Below, in pieces: positions 60,860 through 64,000 of a stretch of 64,000 nt of DNA (positions within the stretch are counted from its first letter, which is position 1; every line of letters begins with the position of its first letter). Source of the stretch: Candidatus Multivorans sp. (lineage in GTDB: Bacteria; Acidobacteriota; Thermoanaerobaculia; Multivoradales; Multivoraceae); NCBI GenBank assembly GCA_965224025.1, contig OZ245033.1, positions 4,448,001 through 4,512,000 of the forward strand, in the 5' to 3' direction. The translations under genes were made by a program, and so were the position numbers. Under the pieces are notes generated by a model, which was given only the letters and a program-made list of their open reading frames with translations, was not told the DNA's origin and did not search any database.

Positions 60860-61738
60860 ATGGGTCTGCTCGACGGAAAGGTTGCACTCGTTACAGGCGC
60901 CGGCGGCGGTCTGGGCCGCACCCACGCGCTGTTGCTGGCGCGGGAAGGCGCCGCGGTCGTGGTCAACGATCTCGGCGGAGCGAGGGACGGCACCGGCGCC
61001 GGGACCGCGATGGCGGATCAGGTCGTCCAGGAGATCAAGGACGCGGGCGGCCGGGCGGTCGCCGACTACGGTTCCGTCTCGGACGCCGACGCCGCTCGGG
61101 CGATGGTTCAGCGTGCCGTGGACGAGTTCGGCAAGCTCGACATCGCGATCAACAACGCCGGCATCCTGCGCGACAAGTCGTTCAAGAACATGACCGACGA
61201 GATGTGGGACATCGTCCTCGACGTCCACCTCCGCGGCACCTACCTCGTCACGAAGGCCGCCTACGACCAGATGATCGATCAGGAGTCCGGTGGCCGCATC
61301 ATCATGACGAGTTCGACTTCCGGCCTGCTCGGCAACTTCGGCCAGACGAACTACGGCGGCGCCAAGGCCGGGATGGCCGGCTTCATGCGCTGCCTGGCTC
61401 TAGAGGGCGCGAAGTACGGCGTCACGGTGAACCTCCTCGCTCCCGCCGCCTGGTCCCGCCTGACCGAGGACATCATGCCGGAGGCGACGGCCGAGCCGCT
61501 GGCGCCGGAGAAGGCGTCGCCCGCCGTGGTCTGGCTCTGCAGCGACGACGCAGCCGACATCACCGGCCGTATCTTCGCGGTCGGCGGCAACACCGTGACC
61601 CTGCTGGCCTGGCAGTCGCTCGAGATCGCCCGCCGGCAGAACAACCAGGAGCCCTGGAGCGTCGCAGCGATCGGCGAGAAGATCCGCGCCGCGTCCGCCG
61701 ACTTCCCCAAGCCGGTCCGCTTCCAGGACCTGATGTAG
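60860..61738 (+). CDS. SDR-family oxidoreductase (MFE-2/3-hydroxyacyl-CoA dehydrogenase-like)
   Basis: VTGAGGGLG, VVNDLG, NNAGILRD and GNFGQTNYGGAK. Confidence 0.93.
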   Translation: MGLLDGKVALVTGAGGGLGRTHALLLAREGAAVVVNDLGGARDGTGAGTAMADQVVQEIKDAGGRAVADYGSVSDADAARAMVQRAVDEFGKLDIAINNAGILRDKSFKNMTDEMWDIVLDVHLRGTYLVTKAAYDQMIDQESGGRIIMTSSTSGLLGNFGQTNYGGAKAGMAGFMRCLALEGAKYGVTVNLLAPAAWSRLTEDIMPEATAEPLAPEKASPAVVWLCSDDAADITGRIFAVGGNTVTLLAWQSLEIARRQNNQEPWSVAAIGEKIRAASADFPKPVRFQDLM

Positions 61739-61835
61739 CCCGCCGGAAGGCCGGCGACCCCGCCAACTGAGGCCGCCGACACCTCCACGCGCACCTCCTT
61801 GCCCCCGCGGTTGCAACGTTGGGCGTCGGTAAGCG

Positions 61836-61867
61836 TAGAATGATGATCAATATGACCATTATGGTCA
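61836..61867 (+). promoter_or_regulatory. -10 box and palindromic operator upstream of the sulfite reductase
   Basis: TAGAAT at 61836-61841 and the perfect palindrome TGACCAT-T-ATGGTCA at 61853-61867. Confidence 0.6.
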
Positions 61868-61944
61868 CGAATACGCCGGCCCCGCCCACCCCGCGCCTCG
61901 GAACGGGCAAACCGATTCCCGAAAGAACAAGCGAGAACCGACCG

Positions 61945-64000
61945 ATGAGCCAGCTAACCGCCGACTCCACCGCCACCTGGGAGGCCGCACTCCAAGGCCG
62001 CATCCCGCCCCACCTCAGCGAAGAGATCGAGATCTTCGAGACCCAGATCGCGCAGAAGCGCCAGGGCAAGATCGACGACAAGGTCTTCGCCGAGACCCGC
62101 CTGCGCCGCGGCGTCTACGGCCAGCGCTATGACAACGGCCAGCGTCACGACGGCACAGGTAGCCGGACCCTGGAGTTCCCCTGCGACGACCTGACCAAGG
62201 GTCCCAACACCGTCTGGGATGCCCCCGGCATGCTGCGGATCAAGATCCCGTTCGGCGCCATGAACGCCGAGCAGATGGAAGTGCTCGCCGACCTCGCGGA
62301 GGAGTACTCGGACGGCATCGCCCACGTCACTACCCGCCAGGACATCCAGCTCCACTTCATCCACATCGACGACACGCCGGACATCATGCGGCGCCTGGCC
62401 GCGGTCGGCATCACCACGCGGGAGGCCTGCGGCAACTCGGTACGCAACGTCACCGCATGCCCCCTGGCCGGCGTCTGCCGCGACGAGCCGTTCGATGTTT
62501 CGCCCTATGCCCACGCTCTGACGTACTTCCTGCTCGGACACAAGGACGCCCAGGACTTCGGCCGCAAGTTCAAGATCGCCTTCTCGGGCTGCGAGCAGCA
62601 CGCCTGCGGCCTCGCGAACATGCACGACCTCGGCGTGGTCGCCCAGGTGCGGCCGGGCGCCTCCCCGAACGGCGCCAGCGCAGAGATGGAGCGTGGCTTC
62701 AAGGTCTACGTCGGCGGCGGCCTGGGCGCGGTTCCGCACCAGGCCAAGGTGCTGCGCGAGTTCGTGCGCGAGGACGAACTCCTGCCCCTGGCGCAAGCCG
62801 TCTGCCGGGTCTTCGGCCGCCTGGGCGAGAAGCGGAACCGGGCGCGGGCGCGGGTCAAGTTCCTGGTCGCCAAGCTGGGCATCGAGGAATTCACGCGCCT
62901 GGTCGACGAGGAACTCGCGGTCCTTCCCGCCGACGACCAGTGGACCGCCTATCTCGACGACCTCGCGATCACCGACGAGGCGCCAGCGCGGCCGGGCGCG
63001 AAGCTCGAACCCGGGCCGCGCCCCGAGGGCTTCGCCGAATGGCTGGCCACGAACGTCCAGCGGCAACGCCAGGAGGGCTACGTCACCGTCGCCATCAACC
63101 CGCCCCTCGGCGACCTGACCTCTCCCCAGATGCGCGCACTCGCCGACACGGCCCGGCGCTACAACGGCGGTCTGGTGCGGAACACGGTGGAGCAGAACAT
63201 CGTGCTCCGGAACATCAGCGAAGCGGACCTGCCGGTCCTTTACGTGGATCTCCGGAGCGAGAGTCTGGGCGCACCGGGCGCCTCCTCCCTGGTCGACGTC
63301 ACCTCCTGCCCCGGCACCGACACCTGCAAGTTGGGAATCTCGTCCTCCCGGGGACTCGCGGGTGAGCTGCGCAAGCGGATCGCCGCCTCCATCAAGACGG
63401 CCGGCGTGCTCGCCGACGAGGCGGTAAAGGACCTGCGGATCAAGGTCTCCGGCTGCTTCAACTCCTGCGGCCAGCATCACGTCGCGGACATCGGCTTCTA
63501 CGGCGTGAGCCGCAAGAGCGACGGCCGCACGGTGCCCCACTTCCAGGTCATCCTGGGCGGCCAATGGAGCGAGAACGCAGGCGCCTACGGGCTCGCCGTC
63601 GTCGCTGTGCCGGCGAAGCGCATCCCGGAGACCGTCGAGCGGATCGCCGGCCTCTACGTCGCCGAGCGCGAGAAGGGCGAGAGCTTCCAGGAGTTCATCG
63701 CCCGAGTGGGCAAGGCGCGAATCCGCCAGCTTCTGGACGACCTGACCAAGCTGCCGACCTACCTCGAGGACCGGAGTCTCTACTCCGACTGGGGCGATCC
63801 GCGCGAGTACACGATCGGCGACCTCGGCGTCGGCGAGTGCGCGGGCGAGGTCGTGACCGCGGTCGAGTTCGGCCTCTCGGCCGCCGAGCGCGAGGTCTTC
63901 CAGGCCATGCTGGAACTGGACCGCGGAGCAGCCGAGGCCGCTGCCGCCAAGGCTTACGCCGCGATGCTGCAGGCAGCGCGGGCGCTGATCACGACCGGGA
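61945..64000 (+). CDS. Ferredoxin-dependent sulfite/nitrite reductase (siroheme, 4Fe-4S), partial
   Basis: Not in the ORF track because it runs off the window. RLRRGVYGQR, HVTTRQDIQLH, CGNSVRNVTAC, RKFKIAFSGC, CPGTDTC and SGCFNSCGQHH. Confidence 0.93.
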   Translation, partial: MSQLTADSTATWEAALQGRIPPHLSEEIEIFETQIAQKRQGKIDDKVFAETRLRRGVYGQRYDNGQRHDGTGSRTLEFPCDDLTKGPNTVWDAPGMLRIKIPFGAMNAEQMEVLADLAEEYSDGIAHVTTRQDIQLHFIHIDDTPDIMRRLAAVGITTREACGNSVRNVTACPLAGVCRDEPFDVSPYAHALTYFLLGHKDAQDFGRKFKIAFSGCEQHACGLANMHDLGVVAQVRPGASPNGASAEMERGFKVYVGGGLGAVPHQAKVLREFVREDELLPLAQAVCRVFGRLGEKRNRARARVKFLVAKLGIEEFTRLVDEELAVLPADDQWTAYLDDLAITDEAPARPGAKLEPGPRPEGFAEWLATNVQRQRQEGYVTVAINPPLGDLTSPQMRALADTARRYNGGLVRNTVEQNIVLRNISEADLPVLYVDLRSESLGAPGASSLVDVTSCPGTDTCKLGISSSRGLAGELRKRIAASIKTAGVLADEAVKDLRIKVSGCFNSCGQHHVADIGFYGVSRKSDGRTVPHFQVILGGQWSENAGAYGLAVVAVPAKRIPETVERIAGLYVAEREKGESFQEFIARVGKARIRQLLDDLTKLPTYLEDRSLYSDWGDPREYTIGDLGVGECAGEVVTAVEFGLSAAEREVFQAMLELDRGAAEAAAAKAYAAMLQAARALITTG

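Overview
High-GC bacterial window. The gene repertoire (many PQQ propellers, cytochrome c/Cu-monooxygenase-like proteins, Uma2 and DUF3782-like nucleases) suggests an Acidobacteriota-like, possibly host-associated genome; that assignment is inference only. From left to right: an ArsC-like selenoprotein hidden by an in-frame TGA (UxxC plus a SECIS-like hairpin); ppk2; a porin / FMN-binding / cytochrome-b-like triad; a putative methylamine/betaine catabolic cluster with an unusual IclR-HTH::GcvT fusion, two phytoene-dehydrogenase-like flavoproteins, a TonB-dependent receptor, a Rieske oxygenase and an SSS transporter; a peptide ABC system with rsgA; an accessory zone of duplicated thermonuclease/DUF3782-like units and TA remnants; a translationally coupled four-gene membrane operon (4-TM coiled-coil protein, VWA-like protein, MotA/ZorA-like protein, MotB-like protein with Glu instead of Asp), which is the best candidate for an undescribed system; a PQQ dehydrogenase/cytochrome c pair; a defence island (PLD-helicase, N6-MTase/TRD fused to an S24 peptidase, HipA-like kinase plus HipS-like partner); a ~4.3 kb insert bracketed by a duplicated gene 3' end; and a sulfite/nitrite reductase running off the right edge. 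Several 1-nt frameshifts may be sequencing errors. No rRNA, tRNA, CRISPR array, integrase or transposase was recognised.
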